Shown: positions 17,301-25,513 of the stretch, in pieces
Numbering within the stretch: position 1 is the stretch's first letter
Layout of the letters: the number at the start of each line of letters is the position of its first letter
DNA from: an uncultured Planctomycetales bacterium
GTDB taxonomy: Bacteria > Omnitrophota > Gorgyraeia > Zapsychrales > Fredricksoniimonadaceae
Length of the DNA: 64,000 bases
Assembly (NCBI GenBank): GCA_964643325.1
Contig: CAZXSE010000002.1
Location: 8,159 to 72,158, forward strand
Direction of reading: 5' to 3'
Program-made: the position numbers and the translations under genes
The notes under the pieces: generated by a model
Told to the model about the DNA's origin: nothing
Seen by the model: only the letters and a program-made list of their open reading frames with translations
Databases searched by the model: none

Positions 17301-17330
17301 ACTTCAGAACTCCTTTATATTAAGAAACGA

Positions 17331-17395
17331 GGCTACTGCCTCAAGACTGCGCCCTGCCAGGACTCCGTCTTGAGGCTATTGCCTCAAGACTGCGC
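17331..17395 (-). repeat. Direct 17-bp duplication (tgcctcaagactgcgcc x2) with an intervening inverted copy, forming a hairpin in the hndC-hndD spacer
   Basis: Copy 2 encodes the last codons (AVLRQ*) of hndC. Copy 1 plus the inverted gtcttgagg lie in the spacer. The mRNA hairpin cctcaaga...tcttgagg precedes the hndD SD (aaaggag). Confidence 0.5.
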
Positions 17396-19109
17396 CGAAC
17401 TTACAAACTTCATAGCAATTGCCGCACCCGATACACTTGGCCGCGTCAATGGTGTATTTGCTCTGCCGATCGCCGGAAATGGCATTGACCGGACAGTTGC
17501 GCGCGCACAGGCCGCATCCCGTACAGCGTTCTTTATTAATGCTATAGACCACCAGGTTCGCGCATTTTCCCGCCGGACACTTTCTGTCAATAATGTGCGC
17601 CTTGTATTCCGCCTCAAAATATTTCATGGTCGAAAGAACAGGGTTCGCCGCCGTCTGCCCCAGGCCGCACAACGAGGCTTTCTGCATGGCCTGCGCGATC
17701 TGATTGAGCCGCGCCATGTCTTCCGACGCGCCTTTGCCGTCGCAGATCTTCTTGAGGATCCCGAGCATCTGGGTGCCGCCGATCCGGCACGGCGCGCATT
17801 TCCCGCAGGATTCGTCCACGCAAAATCCCAGGTAGAACTTGGAGATATCGACCATGCAGTCGTTCTCATCCATGACGATCATGCCGCCGGAGCCCATGAT
17901 GGACCCAAGTTTCTGCAAACTCTCGTATTCGACGGGCGTGTCAAAGAACTCCGACGGGATCACGCCGCCCGACGGGCCGCCGGTCTGGATCGCCTTGATC
18001 GCGCGATTATTCAGCACGCCGCCGCCGACATCGAAGACGATCTCGCGCAGGGTCGTGCCCATGGGCACTTCGACCAGGCCGGAATTGCGGACCTTGCCGG
18101 TCAGCGCAAAGACCTTGGTGCCCTTGGACCCCTCGGTGCCGATCGCGCCGAACGCATCGCCCCCTTTAAGGAAAATATACGGGACATTGGCCAGGGTCTC
18201 GACATTGTTGATGACCGTCGGCTCCGTCCACAACCCCTTGACCGACGGGAACGGCGGGCGCGGGCGCGGATAGCCGCGCAAACCCTCGACGGAGGCAATG
18301 AGCGCGGTCTCTTCACCGCACACGAAAGCCCCGGCCCCGAGACGGATCTCGATATCAAAATCAAAACCGGAACCAAAAATATCCTTGCCCAACAGCCCCC
18401 TGGCCCGGCAGGCATCGATCGCCTTCTGGATGCGCTCGACGGCCAGCGGATATTCGGCGCGGATATAAAAAATACCATTCCTGGCGCCGGTCGCGAAACC
18501 GCCGATCATCATGCCTTCAATAACAGAATGCGGGTCCCCTTCCAGCACCGAACGGTCCATGTACGCGCCAGGGTCGCCTTCATCGCCGTTACAGATGATG
18601 TATTTCTGCTCGCCCTTGACGTCCCGGGTGATGCTCCATTTGAGCCACGTCGGGAATCCGGCGCCGCCGCGGCCGCGCAGGCCCGACTTCTTCATCTCGT
18701 CAATGACCTTGGCGGGCCCCATGGCCAGCGCATTGGCCAGCCCCTGATACCCGTCATGCGCCACGTAGTCCTCAAGGCTCTCGGGATCAAGGACACCGCA
18801 ATTGCGCAACACAATGCGCATCTGCTTATCGGGCCTGGCGTAAGCAAGCGAGGCGACCTTCTCCCCCTTGACCACGCTGCACGCAACAATATCGGGGATA
18901 TGCGCAATTTGCACATTCACATAAATGAACCCTTCGGGCAAAACCTTGACGGCCAGCCCCTGGTTGTGAACGCCCACATCCGCCGCAACAACGACCTGCG
19001 CCTTATCAGCAAGCGCATTGTCCAGCAAATGACTGTTGAACGCCACGTACAATTCACGCAATTCTTTCTTGCACGCGCCGCTGGTATCCTGCAGCAATAT
19101 CCGTTTCAT
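17376..19109 (-). CDS. hndC: NAD(P)-binding flavoprotein subunit of the hydrogenase (NuoF-like, HndC)
   Basis: GRGGAGFPTWLKW FMN/NADH motif, N-terminal 2Fe-2S thioredoxin-like domain, C-terminal 2x[4Fe-4S] ferredoxin (CTGCGLCARNCP / CIGCGNCYEVC). Start taken at MKRILLQD (19109). Confidence 0.9.
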   Translation of the reverse strand: MKRILLQDTSGACKKELRELYVAFNSHLLDNALADKAQVVVAADVGVHNQGLAVKVLPEGFIYVNVQIAHIPDIVACSVVKGEKVASLAYARPDKQMRIVLRNCGVLDPESLEDYVAHDGYQGLANALAMGPAKVIDEMKKSGLRGRGGAGFPTWLKWSITRDVKGEQKYIICNGDEGDPGAYMDRSVLEGDPHSVIEGMMIGGFATGARNGIFYIRAEYPLAVERIQKAIDACRARGLLGKDIFGSGFDFDIEIRLGAGAFVCGEETALIASVEGLRGYPRPRPPFPSVKGLWTEPTVINNVETLANVPYIFLKGGDAFGAIGTEGSKGTKVFALTGKVRNSGLVEVPMGTTLREIVFDVGGGVLNNRAIKAIQTGGPSGGVIPSEFFDTPVEYESLQKLGSIMGSGGMIVMDENDCMVDISKFYLGFCVDESCGKCAPCRIGGTQMLGILKKICDGKGASEDMARLNQIAQAMQKASLCGLGQTAANPVLSTMKYFEAEYKAHIIDRKCPAGKCANLVVYSINKERCTGCGLCARNCPVNAISGDRQSKYTIDAAKCIGCGNCYEVCKFGAVLRQ

Positions 19110-19123
19110 GTCCGTTCCCTTGC

Positions 19124-19465
19124 TTAGATCTGATGGATATGGTTCTCGACAAGCTTCTTCTGGCACACATGCTCGTCCATGATGCGGTGCGCGATCTCGG
19201 TCGTGACCTTGCCGTAAAAGACGCGCGGCATGCCCTCAATATTGACCTCGACGAGCGGCTCCGCCGAACAAAGGCCCAGGCAGCCGCACTTTTTCACAAC
19301 AACATCCATGTTGCGCGCCTTAACATCGCCCGAAAGCACATCAAGAACATCCTTGGCCCCGGCCGCAACCCCGCAGGTGCTATAGCCGACCTTGATCCAG
19401 TTCTTCGGCTCTTTGGCCTGTGCATCGGCCTTCAATCTATTCAATTCATCCCTGGTCATGGGCAT
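19124..19465 (-). CDS. hndB: Small [2Fe-2S] thioredoxin-like ferredoxin subunit (HndB-like)
   Basis: ~113 aa with Cys motif CG...CxxxGxC...C (KKCGCLGLCSAEP); sits between hndA and hndC as in hndABCD operons. Confidence 0.7.
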   Translation of the reverse strand: MPMTRDELNRLKADAQAKEPKNWIKVGYSTCGVAAGAKDVLDVLSGDVKARNMDVVVKKCGCLGLCSAEPLVEVNIEGMPRVFYGKVTTEIAHRIMDEHVCQKKLVENHIHQI

Positions 19466-19478
19466 AACAGCTCCTTTT

Positions 19479-19967
19479 TCACGCGCCGGGCGCCTGGTCA
19501 TTCTGGGAATGCGCGCCGATCATGGTTATAACATCCGACCTTTTGACAGCGCTGTACACTTTATTGTCCACCGTGATGACCGGGGCCAGGCCGCAACAGC
19601 CCAGGCAGCGGACCACCTGCAAATGGAACAGCCCGTCCTTGGTGGTCTGCCCCTCCTCAACATGCAGCACGCGGGAGATCTCGTCGATCAGCGCGGCCGC
19701 GCCCTTCAGGTAACAGGCAGTACCCAGACACACGGAAATATTGTGCTTGCCGGGCGGCACCAGCTTGAAATAATTATAAAATGTGAGCACTTCGTAAATA
19801 CGGGCCAGGGGCGTATCGCTCTGACGGGACACTTCGAGCGCCGCCTCGCGCGGCACATAACCGTAACGATCCTGGATATCATGCAGGATCATGATCAAGT
19901 TACCCCGCTTGTCCTTCCAGCGTTCAATGACAGCCTTAACATCCGCCGTGATCGTTTCAACGACCAT
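19479..19967 (-). CDS. hndA: NuoE-like [2Fe-2S] subunit of the hydrogenase (HndA)
   Basis: 162 aa; thioredoxin-like 2Fe-2S motif CLGTACYLKG...CLGCCGLAPV, typical of NuoE/24-kDa subunits. Confidence 0.85.
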   Translation of the reverse strand: MVVETITADVKAVIERWKDKRGNLIMILHDIQDRYGYVPREAALEVSRQSDTPLARIYEVLTFYNYFKLVPPGKHNISVCLGTACYLKGAAALIDEISRVLHVEEGQTTKDGLFHLQVVRCLGCCGLAPVITVDNKVYSAVKRSDVITMIGAHSQNDQAPGA

Positions 19968-20076
19968 AAAAAAACTCCTTGTAGGTTCAAAAAGATGGTT
20001 TGATTATAAGGACATGGCAAAGATCGTGCAAGAGAATATTGCTCGTTTCATCTTACACGTGTAAAATAACATCACA

Positions 20077-21252
20077 ATGAAAAGATCCCATGCATTCCTA
20101 TTGTCCGCGCTCTTTATCCTGCTGATCGGCATCGGGCCTTTCTTTGCCGGGCCTCAGTTGCCGCCGCCCGCCCTTGTCACGGCCAGCGGCTATGGCGGGC
20201 CAATGACGCTGGAATTATCCACATCAGCACAAGGCGCGATCACCGGCATTCGCATCCTTACCCATCATGAAACAGCCTCTTATGTAGATGGCATCCAGAA
20301 TTTCCTGCGGCAGTTCACCGGCAAAACAGGCCGCGATCCCCTGGTATTAGGGAAGGACATTGATGCTATTTCAGGCGCGACCATCTCCAGCAAGGCCATT
20401 ACATCGGCAGTAGGCGGGGCCCTGCGCGGGGCCTCTGCCAAAGAACCGGGCCATATCCATCTAAGGCCCGTCGTTATTTCCCTAAGCCTGCTTCTGGTGG
20501 CGGTGGCAGCCCTGCTGACCCGCAACAATGCCTTGCGCTGGGCTGCTCTTTTCGGCGGGTTTGTTTATTTCGGCGTGATCGCGCACACCATGCTCTCGGT
20601 CATCCAGTTCGCCCACACGGGACTGCGCCATATCCCGCTGCCGGCGGACAATACGCTGTGGTGGATGACGCTCATCCTGGGTCTTGGCGCGACGCTTGTC
20701 ATCGGACGCATTTATTGCGGAAGCCTCTGTCCTTTTGCCCTCGTCCAGGAGATCCTGCACCAGCTGATGCTGCGCAAACGCCCCGCCCCCGATGCCATAT
20801 CACCCGCAACGGACCAGAACGCCCGGCTGATCAAATACGCACTGCTATTTCTGGTCGTAGAACTATCCCTGATCATCGGCAACACAGCGCCGGCCGCCAT
20901 CGAACCCTTCATCACGCTCTTTTCCGGACACGGCAGCAAGCTGGCCTGGGTTTTTCTCGCGCTCATGCTGATCATGGCGGTCTTTGACTTCCGTTTCTGG
21001 TGCAAATACCTCTGCCCCGTCGGCGCATTGAGCAGCCTTTGTGCCGCGTTCAGTATCTTTAAGATCGTTCCGACAAAAGCATGCACCCATTGCGGGCAGT
21101 GCCAGAAAGCCTGTCCCGTGAAAGCGATCGCCGCGGATAGCAAGGGCATTCCCGCGATCGACCCCCAGGAATGTATCGTATGCGGCAAATGCCTGCGCGC
21201 ATGCCCGGCGAACGCATTGACCATCAAAGGATGCCATGACAAAGAGATCTGA
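20077..21252 (+). CDS. Membrane polyferredoxin with a periplasmic FMN-binding domain (NosR/NapH-like, 'mini-NosR')
   Basis: Signal anchor. FMN_bind motif DAISGATISSKAI, which has the conserved Thr that is the flavinylation target. Five TM helices carry CGSLCPF and CKYLCPVGAL (CX3CP) motifs. Two 4Fe-4S motifs follow (CTHCGQCQKACP, CIVCGKCLRACP). Confidence 0.75.
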   Translation: MKRSHAFLLSALFILLIGIGPFFAGPQLPPPALVTASGYGGPMTLELSTSAQGAITGIRILTHHETASYVDGIQNFLRQFTGKTGRDPLVLGKDIDAISGATISSKAITSAVGGALRGASAKEPGHIHLRPVVISLSLLLVAVAALLTRNNALRWAALFGGFVYFGVIAHTMLSVIQFAHTGLRHIPLPADNTLWWMTLILGLGATLVIGRIYCGSLCPFALVQEILHQLMLRKRPAPDAISPATDQNARLIKYALLFLVVELSLIIGNTAPAAIEPFITLFSGHGSKLAWVFLALMLIMAVFDFRFWCKYLCPVGALSSLCAAFSIFKIVPTKACTHCGQCQKACPVKAIAADSKGIPAIDPQECIVCGKCLRACPANALTIKGCHDKEI

Positions 21253-21454
21253 TAATCTATTCCTGGCCCTGCTGGCCGGATCGCTGGTCCTTTTGGGGTT
21301 GATCATCAACCACAACATCACGGCCCTGCCGAAAGCTGCACCCATCGCATCGGCCTGCGCCGACGAGAATGCCCCGGCCTCCGGCCAGAAAGCGGCGGCG
21401 CTCGAGGACTCTTTGCTGCACGAAGCAAAATACTGGAACAAGATCAATGAATAG
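21236..21454 (+). CDS. Small single-pass membrane protein (hypothetical)
   Basis: 72 aa with one hydrophobic helix (LFLALLAGSLVLLGLII). Translationally coupled to both neighbours: ATGA overlap upstream, and its stop TAG overlaps the ATG of the radical SAM gene. Confidence 0.3.
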   Translation: MTKRSDNLFLALLAGSLVLLGLIINHNITALPKAAPIASACADENAPASGQKAAALEDSLLHEAKYWNKINE

Positions 21455-22421
21455 CGTGGAATGCGTCCTGTGCCCGCGCCATTGCCGCATCCCGAAAGGC
21501 GGCCGGGGTAATTGCCGCGTGCGTACCAATGTGAAAGGCAAGCTTTTCTCTCTCGTCTACGGCCAGCCTTGCTCGATGCATGTGGACCCCGTCGAGAAAA
21601 AACCCTTCTTCCATGTCGTCCCGGGGTCGCGCGCTTTTTCGATCGCCACGGCAGGCTGCAACCTGCATTGCCGTTACTGCCAGAACTGGCAAATATCACA
21701 AACCAAGCCCGAAGATGTCCAGGCAACGCCGCTGTCACCCGACGATGTTGTGGCGCAAGCGCTCCGGCATCAATGCCGCAGCATTGCCTATACTTATTCG
21801 GAACCTATTGTTTTCTATGAATACACTTACGACACCTGCGCCGCGGCCAAAGACAAGGGTCTGCTGAACATCCTTGTCAGCGCCGGGTACATTGAACAAA
21901 AACCCCTGAAGGAATTATGCAGTGTGGCGCATGCCATCAAGATAGACCTCAAAGGCATGACCGATGACTTCTACCGGAACATGTCACAGGCATCCCTGCA
22001 GCCAGTGCTTGATGCGATCGTGACGATCAAGCGCTCCGGCGTATGGCTTGAGATCTGCAACCTTGTTGTCCCGACGTGGAATGACAGCGACAAGGACCTT
22101 TTAGCCCTGATCCGCTGGGTCAGGGACAATTGCGGCAACGACACGCCGCTGCATTTCTCACGCTTCTGGCCGATGTACCAACTGAACGACCTGCCACCAA
22201 CACCCGTGGCGACCATCCTGCGCGCGCGGGAAATGGCCCGGGCCGAAGGCATGTCCTTTGTTTATACCGGCAATATATCCGATGCTGAAGGGGCCAACAC
22301 CTACTGCCCCAATGACGGTAAACTCCTTATTGCGCGCAGCGGCTATGATGTGACCGAACATCATATCATCGACGGGAGATGCAAATATTGCGGGACGGTT
22401 ATACCGGGAATATGGTACTAG
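21448..22421 (+). CDS. AmmeMemoRadiSam-system-type radical SAM enzyme (PflA-like)
   Basis: N-terminal Cys cluster CVLCPRHCRIPKGGRGNCRVR, then SIATAGCNLHCRYCQNWQIS (CxxxCxxC) and a C-terminal CKYCG. Start at ATG 21448 (MNSVECVLC). Confidence 0.75.
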
Positions 22422-22424
22422 GAA

Positions 22425-22606
22425 GGATCTTGATGCGATGGCTTCGGCGGGCTTCCTGAAGCCGACATTGTGCGCGCGAGCGGGCATGGTGTCCCGGCCG
22501 TAAGGCCGGGACGAGCGAGCGTGCACCCAGAGTGAGGCGGCCTCGCAGGGGCCGCCCGAACGCTCGGCGTAAGGAAGCCCGCCGAAGCCATAAAGCAGCA
22601 AGATCC
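22425..22606. repeat. GC-rich nested-palindrome element (possible structured RNA or REP/MITE-like element)
   Basis: Outer ~30-bp inverted repeat ggatcttgatgcgatggcttcggcgggcttcc / ggaagcccgccgaagccataaagcagcaagatcc. Inner hairpins gtcccggccGTAAggccgggac (GNRA-type loop), gaggcggcc...ggccgccc and cgagcg...cgctcg. Confidence 0.5.
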
Positions 22607-22631
22607 ATGCAACAAAAAGGATCATTCAACC

Positions 22632-22778
22632 ATGCAACGCCGTGATTTCTTGAAAATATGCTTAATGACACTGGCAGGAATGTTCGTCTTCAAATGGCTC
22701 AGGCCCTTTGGGTCCTGGGAACCCTCCAGCCTGAAAGAAGCGCGTTTCTACCGCTCGGCGGAAACGCTCGCCGGATAA
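22632..22778 (+). CDS. 48-aa ORF with a twin-arginine (Tat) signal-like N-terminus (hypothetical; possible gene remnant)
   Basis: MQRRDFLKICLMTLAGMFVFKWLRPFGSWEPSSLKEARFYRSAETLAG. RRDFLK Tat motif plus a hydrophobic core. The last 30 bp overlap the convergent 3' end of the downstream minus-strand gene. Weak SD (aaaagga). Not in the supplied ORF track (<60 aa). Confidence 0.3.
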   Translation: MQRRDFLKICLMTLAGMFVFKWLRPFGSWEPSSLKEARFYRSAETLAG

Positions 22779-24745
22779 TATCTTAACAATACCCCCATCA
22801 CCGCGTTGATCAGCACAATGAACATCATCGCGGCGAACATTCCCCATAATGGAACAAGGACAAGGCCCGCGCACACGACGCCCAATGCCGCGCCGACAAC
22901 ATCCGCGGCATAGATCTTTCCCGAACGGCCCTCGCCCGCCATCACGCAATAAGCAGTGAACTGCATGCCGCCCGCAACGCCGGCAAGAACAGGAAAAATA
23001 AAGATCCCGGCCGGCCACCACCACATCATCCCGATAAAAAACAATGCCAGTACAGCCTGCAGCCCGGCGGCAACATCCGCCCTGACGCGCAAGAACGGCC
23101 GTGTGCCCCCAAAAACCCCCAACATAAAGCCGGCTGTCAACAGGCCAATGGCCGCATAGGCATACCCGAACACGGACTGCACCATGAAGATCGCGGCGAC
23201 CTGAAAGACCATTTGCGTGAACCCGGCCACAACAGCGCCACCCGTTGGAACAAGGTTGTTGCGCCTGAACGCCAAAGCAGCCAGCCCCGCCGGAAAAACA
23301 AGCCACAAGACCCATCCCCAGCGCTCCAGCGCCTGCATCAACCTGGCAAAACCATATCCCAAGCGCGTTGTTGCATGAACCAGCGCGCGCAATGATACGA
23401 CAGGGCGGTCATCCGTACTGATATCGCCCGGCTCCCGCAATAACGCGCGTGCTGCGGCCATGCGCAGCGGTTCCATGCGGTCACTGATACGGCCGTCCTC
23501 CAGGAACAGTGCCGTAATGCCGCGTTCTTTCAATCTTTGCGTGAGAATATCTGCGGACAATGTTCGTTGCGCGTCGGAAGCAATAAAGGTCATCCGCTCT
23601 CCGGGAATGACCTGGACATCTTTAAAAACAGATCCTAACGTGGCGGCAACGGACCGCGCATAAGCCCGTCCCTGGGCATTAACATAATTCTCCGACGAAC
23701 TGATGCTGACAGCCAAAAGACCGCCCGGCGCAAGATGGCCCCGGGCCAGCGCAAAGAATTCTCGCGTAAAGAACCGGCCGGCCGCAAGGTCTGTCGGGTC
23801 CCCGGCGTTCAACAAAATAACATCATACATCTGTCGTGAACGCGCCAGGGTCGATCGCGGATCCCCCGGTAAAATAGAAAAACGGGCATCCTGCGGCATC
23901 GCGGTTTCCCGGCGTTCCAACGCGATCAACGCAGGGTCCAGTTCCGCATAATCCAGCCGCGCCAGCGGATGTTCCAAAGCCCTTTGCCCCGCTTCAGAAA
24001 AGCCGCCGCCCATCAGGAATACGGATGCAGGCGCCGGATGTGACAAAAGTGCGAGATGAACTTCCCCGGCGGAAAGATCATCCTGTGTTGTAAATAAATG
24101 CCGCCCGTTCCCGAAAAAACTTTTTTGTCCTGCGCGCCCGGCAACAACAAGCTCTCCATAACGCGTTTGTTCGCTGGCCACCATGCGATACCCTGGCCAG
24201 GCCTTTTGCTGGGCCCAGGCCGCAACGCCCTGCGGCAGCGGCATCACCAGCATGATCGTGGTCAAAAGCCCGCCCGCCACAAATCCCAACGCCTCATGGC
24301 CATAAACACACGAACCGTCTTCCGTGGTTGCGGCAAGAATGCGAAAGATCGCGCCAAGGGCCATGGCCAGCGGCAACAACAAAATAACCGTGCCAAAGGC
24401 GACCGCACCGATGCCGGCCGCGCTCCCGGCCGGAATACCGAGCGCGGGCCTCAACAGTTTTGCTCCCAGCAATGTCAACGGAACGAGCACTGAGGCAACA
24501 ATGAACAACCCCGCGGCCCAGGCCAGATCTCTGCCCCGCATGACGAACGCGCCGAGGGCGACGCCGGTAAGCCAGACCGCGAGCACAATGACAAAGACAA
24601 GTTCATTGCCGCCGAAAGCCGTCATCAGGACGCGGATCAGCGCGACCTGGACAACGGCAGATATCAGGCCCAATAAAAAAGCGCAAGGGGCCAGAAGCCC
24701 CTTGCGCTTGCGATCGATCCAATGAAACAGCTTATTTTCTTTCAT
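22748..24745 (-). CDS. Polyamine aminopropyltransferase (spermidine-synthase-like) domain embedded in a polytopic membrane protein
   Basis: Central soluble domain with a spermidine-synthase-like SAM/dcSAM fold (VFLMGGGFSE..., DVILLNAGDPT), flanked by N-terminal (~7 TM) and C-terminal (~5 TM) hydrophobic domains. Start taken at MKENKLFHW (24745). Confidence 0.7.
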   Translation of the reverse strand: MKENKLFHWIDRKRKGLLAPCAFLLGLISAVVQVALIRVLMTAFGGNELVFVIVLAVWLTGVALGAFVMRGRDLAWAAGLFIVASVLVPLTLLGAKLLRPALGIPAGSAAGIGAVAFGTVILLLPLAMALGAIFRILAATTEDGSCVYGHEALGFVAGGLLTTIMLVMPLPQGVAAWAQQKAWPGYRMVASEQTRYGELVVAGRAGQKSFFGNGRHLFTTQDDLSAGEVHLALLSHPAPASVFLMGGGFSEAGQRALEHPLARLDYAELDPALIALERRETAMPQDARFSILPGDPRSTLARSRQMYDVILLNAGDPTDLAAGRFFTREFFALARGHLAPGGLLAVSISSSENYVNAQGRAYARSVAATLGSVFKDVQVIPGERMTFIASDAQRTLSADILTQRLKERGITALFLEDGRISDRMEPLRMAAARALLREPGDISTDDRPVVSLRALVHATTRLGYGFARLMQALERWGWVLWLVFPAGLAALAFRRNNLVPTGGAVVAGFTQMVFQVAAIFMVQSVFGYAYAAIGLLTAGFMLGVFGGTRPFLRVRADVAAGLQAVLALFFIGMMWWWPAGIFIFPVLAGVAGGMQFTAYCVMAGEGRSGKIYAADVVGAALGVVCAGLVLVPLWGMFAAMMFIVLINAVMGVLLRYYPASVSAER

Positions 24746-25412
24746 TCTGCTGATTGTAGAAATCCCACAGGATCCTTGCCGCGAGGTCCTTGCCGCCAAG
24801 GCCAACAGCCAGGGCAATGGCAAAACAGACCGCTGCAAAGAAGATCTGGAACGTCGTCGTGACAAAGAACGTCACGATATTGAGCTGCTCCAGCGCGCTG
24901 ACCGCGGTAAAGATCAGAATGGCGATCTTGACCAGGCTCGCCAGAAAATCCGCGCGAAGGACATTCACGTTCTTGGCGGTAGCACGAACAGTGCCTGAAA
25001 CAACATTGGCCAGGAACATACCAATGACCACCACGAACATGGCGGCGATCACATTAGGCACATAATTGGTAACGCGATCGAGCAGCTTGACGATCTCCTC
25101 AAGGCCGACGGCCTGCAGGGTCGTTGCCAGCACAACGATCATGAGCACCCAATAGACGAATGTTGCCAGAAGGGATGATGCGGACATGCCGATCCCGCCC
25201 CTGCTCAACAATTCGTTCAACCCGATCTTGCCTGTAAAAGCATTGAACTTCAGGCGATCAAGCCCCCTCTGCACCAAAGTGCTGATCATGCCTGCGATCA
25301 ACCAACCGACCAACAAAATGAGCAATCCGCCGAATAAGAACGGCAAATAGATCGCCACTGTGTTGAGCATATTGGTGACCGGTTCTATGATCACTTGTTG
25401 CCATGCATCCAT
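24732..25412 (-). CDS. Membrane protein with 'conserved TM helix' repeats (MscS N-terminal-like)
   Basis: 226 aa; several TM helices with a repeating hydrophobic pattern; no catalytic motifs. Confidence 0.55.
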   Translation of the reverse strand: MDAWQQVIIEPVTNMLNTVAIYLPFLFGGLLILLVGWLIAGMISTLVQRGLDRLKFNAFTGKIGLNELLSRGGIGMSASSLLATFVYWVLMIVVLATTLQAVGLEEIVKLLDRVTNYVPNVIAAMFVVVIGMFLANVVSGTVRATAKNVNVLRADFLASLVKIAILIFTAVSALEQLNIVTFFVTTTFQIFFAAVCFAIALAVGLGGKDLAARILWDFYNQQNERK

Positions 25413-25513
25413 ATACCCCTCCTTGTAACAGTTGATGACACGTTTAAAGCACTTTTGTAACAGGTTTATTTTATAATAAGATACGGAAAATGCAACAATT
25501 TAAACAACAGCGC

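Noticed and set aside
17331-17395. Possible CRISPR-like spacer/repeat
   Set aside because: Only two 17-bp direct copies exist, one inside hndC coding sequence, and no cas genes. It is a local duplication/hairpin, not a CRISPR array.
15570-19127. 1185-aa ORF on the plus strand
   Set aside because: It is antisense to hndD/hndC, whose products carry unmistakable H-cluster and NuoF motifs. Long stop-free antisense frames are expected at this GC content. It is not a gene.
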